Source: Minisyncoccales bacterium
Lineage (GTDB): Bacteria; Patescibacteriota; Minisyncoccia; Minisyncoccales; RBG-13-42-11
Direction: 5' to 3'
Assembly: GCA_049700655.1 (NCBI GenBank)
Contig: JBNAUV010000001.1
Coordinates: 551 to 64,550, forward strand
Length of the DNA stretch: 64,000 nucleotides
A program made the position numbers and the translations under genes. The notes beneath the pieces are model-generated. The model had not been told where the DNA came from, searched no databases, and was given only the letters and a program-made list of their open reading frames with translations. Numbering within the stretch: the first letter of the stretch is position 1; every line of letters starts with the position of its first letter. Positions 55,807-64,000 of the stretch are shown in pieces.

Positions 55807-57528
55807 TTATTTATTTAGATTTAATTTTTTAATGAAAGCGCTTAAACTTATGGCGCCCGCATCTCCTTTGGTTCTTTCCCTGACTCTTACTTTTTTTGCT
55901 TTTTCTTCTTGGTTACCCACCACTAACAAATAAGGAATTTTTTGAATTTCACCCTCGCGTATTTTTTTAGCCACAGTTTCGTTTTCATCTTTAATTTTAA
56001 TTCTTAAACCAACTGCCAATAACTTTTGAGCAACTTCTTGAGCATATTTTTTATTTTTTTGGCTGACAGGAATAAGCCAAATTTGTTCTGGCGCCAGCCA
56101 AAACGGCAGAGCTCCGGCATAATGTTCAAGCAGAACACCAATAAACCTTTCTAAAGAACCCAGTAAAGCGCGATGAATCATATAAGGTTTTTGTTTTTTG
56201 CCTTTTTGATCAATATAAGTTAGATCAAATCGTTCGGGCAGGTTAAAATCAACTTGATAAGTGCTACATTGCCAAGGACGACCCAAGGAGTCTTTAATTT
56301 TGACATCGATTTTTGGTCCATAAAAGACACCGCCGCCTGGATCAATTTGCCATTTGAATTTTAATTTTTCTAAAGCATATTTTAAAACATTGGTTGCTCT
56401 TTCCCAACCTTTTAAATTACCTGCGTATTTTTCAGGCCGAGTGGAAATATAGATTTCATAATTTTTAAAACCAAAAGTTTTTAAAATTTTAAAACCAGCC
56501 TTTAATAATTTAATTACCTCTTGAGCAAGTTGTTCTGGCGTGCAAAATATATGAGCATCGTCTTGAGTAAACCCTCTAACCCTTGTTAAGCCATGTAAAA
56601 CACCGGAGCGTTCATAACGATAAACCGTACCCAGTTCCGCATATTTCAGGGGCAAATCTTTGTAACTTCTTATTTTTGACTTATAAACCTTGACATGAAA
56701 AGGACAGTTCATTGGCTTAATCAAATATTCTTCTTCATCAATTTTAATTGGCGAATACATATTTTCGCGATAGAGTTCCCAATGGCCAGAAGTTTTCCAA
56801 AGATCTAATTTGCCCAAATGCGGACTGGTCAGCCACTGATAATTTTGCGCTGCTAATTCTTGGTAAAGATAATTTTCAATAGTTTTTCTTAAAAATTGTC
56901 CCTTGGGCTGCCAGATGGGCAAGCCAGCGCCGACTTCTTCGTCAAATAAAAACAATTCTAATCTTTGGCCCAACCAACGATGGTCTCTTTTTTCCAATTC
57001 TTCTTGTTTTTGAAGATATTCGGTTAGCTCGTTTTTATTTTGGAAAGCTAAGCCATAAATTCTGGTGAGCATTTTATTTTTTTCCGAACCGCGCCAATAA
57101 GCGCCAGCAATTTTAGTTAATTTAAAACTATCAGGAGCGATTTCTTTAGTTGATTGGACATGAGGACCCTTACATAAATCAACAAAATTTTCTGTTTGAT
57201 AGAGAGAGATTTTTTGCGGTTCGGTTTTTGCTAATTCATCAATTAGTTCTAATTTATAGGGCTGTTCTTTAAAAATTTCTTTGGCTTTTTTTTGTGAAAT
57301 AGTTTTTTTCTCAAATTTGATATTTTTTTTGATTAAGCGACGCATTTCTTCTTCGATTTTTAACAAGTCAGCTGACGAAATAGTTTGCGGTAAATCAAAA
57401 TCGTAATAAAAACCATTTTCAATAGTTGGTCCAATTCCCAATTTTACTCCTGGGTAGAGTTTTTGAACAGCATAAGCCAATAGATGAGCCAAAGAGTGTC
57501 TTTTTTCTTCAAGAGTTGATTTAGACAT
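55807..57528 (-). CDS. thrS: threonyl-tRNA synthetase lacking the N-terminal TGS (N1) domain
   Basis: Begins in the N2 editing domain (HSLAHLLAYAVQ, an HxxxH motif). Class II core and anticodon-binding domain follow; 573 aa. Confidence 0.9.
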   Translation of the reverse strand: MSKSTLEEKRHSLAHLLAYAVQKLYPGVKLGIGPTIENGFYYDFDLPQTISSADLLKIEEEMRRLIKKNIKFEKKTISQKKAKEIFKEQPYKLELIDELAKTEPQKISLYQTENFVDLCKGPHVQSTKEIAPDSFKLTKIAGAYWRGSEKNKMLTRIYGLAFQNKNELTEYLQKQEELEKRDHRWLGQRLELFLFDEEVGAGLPIWQPKGQFLRKTIENYLYQELAAQNYQWLTSPHLGKLDLWKTSGHWELYRENMYSPIKIDEEEYLIKPMNCPFHVKVYKSKIRSYKDLPLKYAELGTVYRYERSGVLHGLTRVRGFTQDDAHIFCTPEQLAQEVIKLLKAGFKILKTFGFKNYEIYISTRPEKYAGNLKGWERATNVLKYALEKLKFKWQIDPGGGVFYGPKIDVKIKDSLGRPWQCSTYQVDFNLPERFDLTYIDQKGKKQKPYMIHRALLGSLERFIGVLLEHYAGALPFWLAPEQIWLIPVSQKNKKYAQEVAQKLLAVGLRIKIKDENETVAKKIREGEIQKIPYLLVVGNQEEKAKKVRVRERTKGDAGAISLSAFIKKLNLNK

Positions 57529-57539
57529 AAATAGATTAA

Positions 57540-60500
57540 TTATCCTTCTTCAATTATTTCTTCTGCTTCTTCGCAAATAAACTTAGTTAAATGTTGGTCG
57601 CGGTTATCAATTCGGCCAGAAATCATCACAATTTTATTTTCTTGAAAAACAACCGGATTTTTCTCAATAACAGCCGGGAAAACCACTACTTCAATTTTAC
57701 CACTTAAATCTTCTAATTTAACAAAAAGCATAGGTTGACCTTTACGGGTAATAATTTTTTTAATTTGTGAAATAACTCCGCCAATTCTCAGCCTGATATT
57801 CTTTTGTAATTTGTTATTTTTAATATTGGCTATAGAAATAGTTTTATTTGCTAGTAAATGAGTTAAGCCATCTAAGGGATGAGAACTAATAAATAAACCC
57901 AATAATTCCTTTTCCCACATTAATTTTTCTTTAAGCGAAGCTGGCGGCGCTGATTTTAGAGTAATCTTATGGTTAAAAGACATTCCATCAAATAAACCGC
58001 TTTGGCCATTATTTTTTGTTTTTTGGTTTTCCCGAGCATATTCTAAAAGTTTTTCAAGATTAGTCAATAACTGATTTCTTTCGCCCAATTTGTCAAAAAC
58101 TCCGGCCTTAATTAAACCTTCCAGAGATTTTTTGTTTAAATCTTTAGAATTAACACGGGCAAGGAAATTTTCTATTGAGGTATAAGGGCCATTAGCCTTT
58201 CTTTCATTAACTATTTTTTCAACAATGTTAAGACCAACATTTTTTATTGCTGACAAACCAAAACGAATCTGATTTGCTTTCGGTACCACGCTGAAAAAAG
58301 TAAAACTTTCATTAATATCAGGTGGCAAAACGTTAAGTTTCATTTTTTTACATTCTTCAATTAAAACAGCAATCCGTTCGATATCATTTCTTTCTGATGT
58401 TAAGAGAGCGGCCATAAATTCAGCCGGGTAGTGGGTTTTTAAATAAGCGGTTTGATAGGCAATGATAGCATAGGCTGTGGCATGGCTGCGATTAAAAGAA
58501 TAAGAAGCAAATGGCTCAATCCAATACCAGATTTGTTGAGCAATATTGCGGTCAATACCATTTTTTTGACACCCACTGATAAATTTTTCTTTTTGATTTA
58601 ATAAAAGATCTTTAATTTTTTTGCCAATGGCTTTTCTCAAAACATCTGCTTCAGCCAAGGTAAAATTAGCCAATTCTTGAGCAATTTTCATTACTTGTTC
58701 TTGATAAATGCAAATACCGTAGGTTTTTTCTAAAATTGGTTTCAATTTAGGATGAAGATATTCAATTTTTTGTTTGCCGTGTTTGCGAGCAATATAATCA
58801 GGAATTAATTGAATTGGTCCGGGCCGGTAAAGGGCCACCATAGCAATAATATCTTCAAATTCACTTGGTTTTAATTGCTTTAAATAGCGCTGGAAACCTT
58901 CTGATTCTAACTGGAAAACGCCAACTGTTTCTCCTTTTTGTAAAAGACGAAAAGTGGCTTTATCATCAAGGGGAATTTTTTCTAAATCAATATTCTGTCC
59001 ATAAATGACATAAATCCGGGAAAGCGTATCTTCAATAATAGTTAAGTTCTTTAACCCCAAAAAGTCCATTTTAAGAAGGCCTAGGTCTTCAATTGAATGC
59101 ATTTCATATTGGGTTACAATAGCTTGGTCGTCTTGCGTTGGGTGTTGCAAAGGAATTATTTCATTTAAAGGAGTATTGGAAATAACCACCCCACAAGCAT
59201 GGGTTGAAACATGACGGGCCACGCCTTCTAATTTTTTAGCAATATCAATTAATTTAGTGGCTTGTTCATCTGTTTGGTAGAGATTGCGAAATTCAGCTAC
59301 TTGACTAAGAGCTTGATCTAAAGTCAGGCCAAAGGGAATCATTTTGGCAATTTTATCGCAATAGGAATAACTATAATTCATTGCCCGGCCAACGTCGCGT
59401 ACCACGGCCCGGGCAGCCATTGTGCCAAAAGTGATAATTTGCGCCACGCGATCTGGGCCATATTTTTGGGTGACATAATTGATTACTTCATCGCGGCGTC
59501 GGTCAGCGAAATCCAAATCAATGTCAGGCAGGGAAGCGCTGCGGCCCGGATTGAGAAATCTTTCAAAAAGCAAGTTATATTTAATTGGATCAATATTGGT
59601 GATATTAAGGAGATAAGCAACCAATGAGCCGCCCACTGAACCGCGTCCCGGACCAACCACAATGCGATTTTCTTTTGCCCAATTAACAAAATCTTGAACA
59701 ATAAGAAAATAAGAAGCAAAACCAGTTTTTTTAATAGTTTCTAATTCATAATTTAATCTTTCAATAACTGCTGGTTTTGGCCTTTCGCCAAATTTTGCTT
59801 TTAACCCTTGTTGGCAGAGTTTTTCTAAATATACGTCTGGCGTTTCACCAGTTGGCACTTGGAATTGAGGTAGACTAGTTTTATTAAGTTCAAATTGGAA
59901 ATTACACATTTCAGCAATTTTTTCTGTATTTTCAATCGCTTCAGGCCACTCTTTAAAATCAGTTATCATCTGTTCTGGTTTTTTCATTGAAAAATCATCT
60001 GCTTTTAATGTTAACCTTTCTGGATCATTGGCATTGGCGCCGGTATTAACCAACATTAAAATATCTTGGGCGTCGGCATCGCTGGATTTTAGATAATGAA
60101 TATCATTAGTGGCAACCAGAGGCACATTTAATTCTCGAGAAAGAGAAATCAAGGCGGTATTGACTTTTTTTTGTTCTGGCAAATGAGGATGATGTTGGAT
60201 TTCTAAATAAAAATTATCTGGGCCAAAAATTTCCCGGTATTTTAAAATTGTTTTTTTCGCTTCATCAAGTTTATTAGCCAGAATCAAAGTGGGAATTTTG
60301 CCAGCCACACAGCCCGATAAAGCAATTAAGCCCTGACTATGTTTGGCTAATAGATCTTCATCAATGCGCGGTTTATAATAAAAACCTTCTAAATGGGCTT
60401 GGGTGATTAATTTCACCAGATGGCGATAACCCTCTTTATTTTTAACCAATAAAACCAGATGATATCTTTTATCATCAATATTTGGTCTTTTATCTGAGAT

Positions 60501-60719
60501 TTTTTCAAAGGCCTGATACATTTCGCAGCCAATAATTGGTTTAATTCCTTTGGCCATCGCTTTTTTATAAAATTCAACAGCGCCATAAATGTTGCCGTGG
60601 TCGGTTAAAGCCAAAGCAGTCATGCCCAATTGTTGGGCGCAATTTAAAAGTTCATCAATTTTGGGCAAACCATCAAGCAGAGAATAATGAGAATGGACGT
60701 GGAGATGAATGAATTTCAT
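57540..60719 (-). CDS. dnaE: DNA polymerase III alpha subunit
   Basis: N-terminal PHP domain (HLHVHSHYSLLDG) and polymerase core motifs; 1059 aa. Confidence 0.95.
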   Translation of the reverse strand: MKFIHLHVHSHYSLLDGLPKIDELLNCAQQLGMTALALTDHGNIYGAVEFYKKAMAKGIKPIIGCEMYQAFEKISDKRPNIDDKRYHLVLLVKNKEGYRHLVKLITQAHLEGFYYKPRIDEDLLAKHSQGLIALSGCVAGKIPTLILANKLDEAKKTILKYREIFGPDNFYLEIQHHPHLPEQKKVNTALISLSRELNVPLVATNDIHYLKSSDADAQDILMLVNTGANANDPERLTLKADDFSMKKPEQMITDFKEWPEAIENTEKIAEMCNFQFELNKTSLPQFQVPTGETPDVYLEKLCQQGLKAKFGERPKPAVIERLNYELETIKKTGFASYFLIVQDFVNWAKENRIVVGPGRGSVGGSLVAYLLNITNIDPIKYNLLFERFLNPGRSASLPDIDLDFADRRRDEVINYVTQKYGPDRVAQIITFGTMAARAVVRDVGRAMNYSYSYCDKIAKMIPFGLTLDQALSQVAEFRNLYQTDEQATKLIDIAKKLEGVARHVSTHACGVVISNTPLNEIIPLQHPTQDDQAIVTQYEMHSIEDLGLLKMDFLGLKNLTIIEDTLSRIYVIYGQNIDLEKIPLDDKATFRLLQKGETVGVFQLESEGFQRYLKQLKPSEFEDIIAMVALYRPGPIQLIPDYIARKHGKQKIEYLHPKLKPILEKTYGICIYQEQVMKIAQELANFTLAEADVLRKAIGKKIKDLLLNQKEKFISGCQKNGIDRNIAQQIWYWIEPFASYSFNRSHATAYAIIAYQTAYLKTHYPAEFMAALLTSERNDIERIAVLIEECKKMKLNVLPPDINESFTFFSVVPKANQIRFGLSAIKNVGLNIVEKIVNERKANGPYTSIENFLARVNSKDLNKKSLEGLIKAGVFDKLGERNQLLTNLEKLLEYARENQKTKNNGQSGLFDGMSFNHKITLKSAPPASLKEKLMWEKELLGLFISSHPLDGLTHLLANKTISIANIKNNKLQKNIRLRIGGVISQIKKIITRKGQPMLFVKLEDLSGKIEVVVFPAVIEKNPVVFQENKIVMISGRIDNRDQHLTKFICEEAEEIIEEG

Positions 60720-60724
60720 AAAAT

Positions 60725-61423
60725 ATGATAAGATTAATAAAGTATACGATGAAGCAAGATTTTTTACAAGTTGAAAAAGAATTGTGGCAACAAGGTTATA
60801 AAGCGGTCATTGGTTTAGATGAGGTCGGCCGTGGCGCGGTGGCTGGACCAGTTGTGGCTTGCGCCGTGATCTTAAAAAAGAAAAAAAATTTTTTCACTAA
60901 AACAAAAATTAAATTTCCTATTTTTAATAATCAGATATACGACTCAAAAAAACTAACGCCGCAAAAAAGAGAAGAATTTTATGATTGTTTAACCAAAGAC
61001 CCCAATATAAAGTGGGGGATAGGTTGGGTTTCTGAAAGAGTGATTGAAAAAATTAATATCTTAGCTGCCACTAAACTGGCGATGAAAAGAGCCTTGACAA
61101 GGGCTATTAAATTTTTTCCAGCGCGGCAAGAGAATTGGCACGATATTTTTTTAATTGTTGATGGCAACTCTCAACTTGATTTGGCTATAGCGCAAAAGGC
61201 GATTGTTAGGGCTGACGAGCGAGTGCTTTCTTGCGCTATTGCCAGCATTATTGCCAAAGTAACCCGTGATCGAATGATGCGAAATCGCCATAAAAAATAT
61301 CCCTTCTATGGATTTGACCAGCATAAAGGTTATTTAACAAAACAACATCAAAAAATGTTAGAGAAATATGGTTATTGCCGGATCCACCGGAAGAGTTTTC
61401 AGCCAATTAAGCACTTGCTCTAA
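60725..61423 (+). CDS. rnhB: ribonuclease HII
   Basis: GLDEVGRGAVAGPVVACAV catalytic motif. An alternative start at 60749 is more plausible, since the 60725 start leaves only 5 nt to the divergent dnaE start. Confidence 0.9.
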   Translation: MIRLIKYTMKQDFLQVEKELWQQGYKAVIGLDEVGRGAVAGPVVACAVILKKKKNFFTKTKIKFPIFNNQIYDSKKLTPQKREEFYDCLTKDPNIKWGIGWVSERVIEKINILAATKLAMKRALTRAIKFFPARQENWHDIFLIVDGNSQLDLAIAQKAIVRADERVLSCAIASIIAKVTRDRMMRNRHKKYPFYGFDQHKGYLTKQHQKMLEKYGYCRIHRKSFQPIKHLL

Positions 61424-61483
61424 AATTATTTATTTGTTAAAATAAATAAACCAGTTATAAAACTAAAAATTATTTATTTTTTT

Positions 61484-61765
61484 ATGGCTGTTCCCAAACA
61501 GAGGAAAACCAAATCCAGACAAAAACAAAGACGAATGCATTATTTTATTAAAGGACCGGTTTTGAGTTTGTGTCCCAAATGCCATCAACCAATTAGGCCA
61601 CATACTGTCTGTTTTAATTGCGGTTATTATAAAGGGAAAGAAGTAATTGATGTGTTTAAAAAACTGACTAAAAAAGAGAGGAAAAAGAAAGAAAAAGAAC
61701 TAAAAGCGAAAAAAGTTGAAGAAAAAGAAAAACCATTGACAATGGAGGAATTATCAAAAAAATAA
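61484..61765 (+). CDS. rpmF: 50S ribosomal protein L32 (zinc-ribbon form) with a K/E-rich C-terminal extension
   Basis: [21 protein letters not shown]...CFNCG, then a lysine-rich tail. Confidence 0.88.
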   Translation: MAVPKQRKTKSRQKQRRMHYFIKGPVLSLCPKCHQPIRPHTVCFNCGYYKGKEVIDVFKKLTKKERKKKEKELKAKKVEEKEKPLTMEELSKK

Positions 61766-61773
61766 TCTTACTT

Positions 61774-62202
61774 ATGGCTAGTCGTCATCTGGCACGTTCT
61801 ATTGCTATGCAATCTCTTTATGAGTGGGATTTTAGCGATAAAAAAGGTGATTTAGAGAAAATTGTTGAGAAGAACATTAGAGAATTTGGTCCTGGTTTAG
61901 AGGATACTAGTTTGGTTTGGCGGATTATTACTGGCGTGATTAATCATCTTTCAGAAATAGATAAAATCATTGAAAAAGCAGCGCCAGAATGGCCGCTGGA
62001 ACAAATTATGATTGTGGATAGGAATATTTTGCGAATTGGTCTTTACGAGTTGTTATATGCTGACAAAAAAGAGGTTCCGCCCAAAGTGGCAATTAATGAA
62101 GCCATTGAATTGGCTAAGTCGTTTTCCGGCAGTAATTCAAGCAAGTTTGTTAATGGTGTTTTGGGCACGGTTTACAAAGAAATGGAAAACAAAGAAAAAT
62201 AA
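61774..62202 (+). CDS. nusB: transcription antitermination factor NusB
   Basis: [14 protein letters not shown]... helical NusB fold. Confidence 0.88.
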   Translation: MASRHLARSIAMQSLYEWDFSDKKGDLEKIVEKNIREFGPGLEDTSLVWRIITGVINHLSEIDKIIEKAAPEWPLEQIMIVDRNILRIGLYELLYADKKEVPPKVAINEAIELAKSFSGSNSSKFVNGVLGTVYKEMENKEK

Positions 62203-62213
62203 TATTAAAATTT

Positions 62214-62903
62214 ATGAAGGATTTTGATCTCTTGGAAAAGAAATTAGGATTAAAATTTAAAAATAGAGATTTATTAGTTCAGGCCTTTTGTCACCGCTCT
62301 TATTTAAATGAAAACCCTGATTTTTATTTGGGCCACAACGAAAGATTGGAATTTTTAGGTGACGCAGTTTTGGAATTAGTGGTGACTGAAGAACTTTTTA
62401 AAAAATACCCGCAGAAACCAGAAGGCGAATTAACTAATTGGCGGGCCGCCTTGGTTAACGCCAAAATGCTTTCTCAGGTAGGTCAAGAATTAGATTTTGA
62501 TGAGTTTTTGCTTTTGTCCAAAGGCGAAGAAAAAGAAACTGGCAAGGCAAGACAATATATTTTAGCCAATACCTTTGAGGCCTTAATTGGCGCGATTTAT
62601 CTTGATTTGGGTTATGGCGAATGTTTAAAATTTATTAAAAAAAGATTAATGACTCGCTTGCCCGAAATTATTGAAAAAGGTCTTTTTAAAGATGCCAAAT
62701 CGCGGTTGCAAGAAGAAGCGCAGGAAAGGCTGGGCATTACGCCGCATTATCAGGTTTTAAAAGAATGGGGGCCAGATCATGCCAAACATTTTACAGTTGG
62801 TGTTTTTTTTGGTATAGAACTAATTGCGCAGGGCGATGGGTTGTCCAAGCAAGAGGCTGAATTAGAGGCAGCCAAAAACGCCCTAGAAATCAAAGGTTGG
62901 TAA
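62214..62903 (+). CDS. rnc: ribonuclease III
   Basis: ERLEFLGDAVLELVV signature and a C-terminal dsRBD. Confidence 0.93.
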   Translation: MKDFDLLEKKLGLKFKNRDLLVQAFCHRSYLNENPDFYLGHNERLEFLGDAVLELVVTEELFKKYPQKPEGELTNWRAALVNAKMLSQVGQELDFDEFLLLSKGEEKETGKARQYILANTFEALIGAIYLDLGYGECLKFIKKRLMTRLPEIIEKGLFKDAKSRLQEEAQERLGITPHYQVLKEWGPDHAKHFTVGVFFGIELIAQGDGLSKQEAELEAAKNALEIKGW

Positions 62904-62969
62904 AATTAAATTAATCAAATTAATTAGGTTAATTAGAATAATTAGAGCAATTTAGAATAATTTTTCTTT

Positions 62970-63293
62970 ATGTTGGTAATGCGCTTACTAAGAATTGGCA
63001 AAAAAAATCAACCCTTTTTTAAGGTAGTGGTTATTGATAAAAAGAATCCGCCGCGGGGTGGCCGTTTGGTGGCTGAACTTGGTTATTACAACCCCTTAAC
63101 CAAAGAAAAATCTTTAAATCAAGAGAAGATAAAATATTGGCTGAAGACGGGTGTCCAGCCATCAGCCACGGTTTATAATTTATTAATTTCGGAAAAAATT
63201 ATTGAAGGGGAAAAATTAGCCCTTCATAAAAAATCAAAAAAGAAAAAAGAGGGCGAAGTAAAAGAAACAACTGAAAAAGAAACAAAGATTTAG
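62970..63293 (+). CDS. rpsP: 30S ribosomal protein S16 with a K/E-rich C-terminal tail
   Basis: MLVMRLLRIGKKNQPFFKVVV... Confidence 0.92.
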   Translation: MLVMRLLRIGKKNQPFFKVVVIDKKNPPRGGRLVAELGYYNPLTKEKSLNQEKIKYWLKTGVQPSATVYNLLISEKIIEGEKLALHKKSKKKKEGEVKETTEKETKI

Positions 63294-63318
63294 AATAATA
63301 AATGAGTATTAGCAAAAT

Positions 63319-63347
63319 TTGAGAAAGAAGCAAAATTATCATATAAT
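63319..63347 (+). promoter_or_regulatory. promoter TTGAGA-17-TATAAT abutting the partial cysteine-rich gene
   Basis: -10 at 63342-63347, only 6 nt before the ATG at 63354, so the mRNA is probably leaderless. Confidence 0.5.
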
Positions 63348-63353
63348 AAAAGA

Positions 63354-64000
63354 ATGTTAAAGAAATTTCGTTGTCTTTTTCTGGTTCTTTTACTGCTTTT
63401 TATCGGGATTTTTACTTTTGTTAAGGCGCAAAATCAAGAAGAGCGCTCCTTAGAAATAGAATATCCAGAAATTGGCGGAATAAAACCAGAAACTGTTTCT
63501 GTTGGTTTACCTACTTATGTTCAATACATTTTCAATTTAGGTTTATTAATCGGCGCCGCTGTTTTGGTTGGCATTTTGATTTACGGCGGCATTCAATATC
63601 TCTTGGCAGCCGGCCGGGTGCCAGTTTTAATTGAAGCCAGAAGAAGAATTTTATTGGGTTTTTTTGGCATTTTTATTTTATTTGCCGGTTATTTAATTTT
63701 ACAGACCATTAATCCTGAGTTGGTAATATTTAAATTACCATTACTTGAAAAAACAGAATTTTGTAAAGAAGACGCTGATTGTCCTGGAAAATTTGAATGT
63801 AAAGAAGGAAAATGTGTTCCTTTGGCCGAATGCGCCATTGATACTGATTGTGTTGGTTTTCCAGATTATGTTTGTAAAGAAATAGAGTCAGGCAAAAAAT
63901 TTTGTGTTTATGAACCAAAAACTTTAATTGTTCAAGAGTTTCCTTTGGGCCAGGCGATCGAGGGCGGTATTTGGGAGAAGGTAAGAACAACGAAAACAAA
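63354..64000 (+). CDS. partial (3'-truncated by the window end) secreted/membrane protein: signal peptide, two hydrophobic helices, then a cysteine-rich module
   Basis: Manual translation from ATG 63354 is open to the window end: MLKKFRCLFLVLLLLFIGIFTFVKA... TM helices ...CKEDADCPGKFECKEGKCVPLAECAIDTDCVGFPDYVCKEIESGKKFCVYE. It is not in the ORF track because it has no stop in the window. Confidence 0.6.
   Translation, partial: MLKKFRCLFLVLLLLFIGIFTFVKAQNQEERSLEIEYPEIGGIKPETVSVGLPTYVQYIFNLGLLIGAAVLVGILIYGGIQYLLAAGRVPVLIEARRRILLGFFGIFILFAGYLILQTINPELVIFKLPLLEKTEFCKEDADCPGKFECKEGKCVPLAECAIDTDCVGFPDYVCKEIESGKKFCVYEPKTLIVQEFPLGQAIEGGIWEKVRTTKT

Noticed and set aside
60720-60748. 5-nt divergent intergenic gap between dnaE and rnhB implied by the track.
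   Set aside because: This is probably an artefact of taking the most upstream ATG for rnhB. Starting at the ATG at 60749 leaves a 29-nt spacer containing a TATACT-like -10 for dnaE.

Overview
This window is an AT-rich stretch of bacterial chromosome (roughly mid-30s % GC by eye, not computed). It looks like a reduced-genome Candidate Phyla Radiation (CPR) / Parcubacteria-like bacterium. It carries about 80 protein genes and 4 tRNAs, with no rRNA, CRISPR array or obvious mobile element.

The backbone is the ribosomal supercluster: str operon (rpsL-rpsG-fusA-tuf), S10, spc (secY-adk-map) and alpha (infA-rpmJ-rpsM-rpsK-rpsD-rpoA-rplQ), followed by rplM-rpsI. The S10 section runs rpsJ-rplC-rplD-rplW-rplB-rpsS-rplV-rpsC-rplP-rpmC-rpsQ, followed by the spc section (rplN-rplX-rplE-rpsZ-rpsH-rplF-rplR-rpsE-rplO). 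There is no L30 gene (rpmD) between rpsE and rplO. A ~6.8 kb block is inserted between map and infA: a GT2 glycosyltransferase, a GalT-like uridylyltransferase, an orphan receiver-domain protein (minus strand), tpiA, a YkuK-like protein, a C-terminally truncated alaS and a 424-aa membrane-anchored hypothetical.

Downstream of rpsI come: a Cas4-like PD-(D/E)xK Fe-S nuclease; a PEGA/beta-propeller surface protein; two mreB paralogs flanking holB-frr-rseP-proS; gatCA; a tRNA cluster (fMet, CAU, Asp); pheST; gyrB; and secE-nusG-rplK. After rplK, in place of rplA-rplJL-rpoBC, sits a thymidylate/folate module (dCMP deaminase, P-loop kinase, tmk, thyX, glyA, folD, deoC), then gatB. The minus strand carries miaA, a TRAM-less miaB-like gene, and dnaE-thrS followed by a 536-aa membrane protein. 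The plus strand then has rnhB, rpmF, nusB, rnc, rpsP and a partial cysteine-rich membrane/secreted protein.

Three recurring traits are visible. Most genes have no Shine-Dalgarno sequence, and several near-consensus sigma70-like promoters sit directly against start codons. Many ribosomal proteins carry K-rich or zinc-ribbon extensions. Several enzymes are missing whole domains: AlaRS, ThrRS, ProRS, RpoA and MiaB.

The most unusual items are the Cas4-like nuclease fused into the rplM-rpsI operon, an iteron-like triple repeat plus perfect palindrome upstream of miaB, a repeat-encoded MiaB C-terminus, and several lineage-specific surface proteins.
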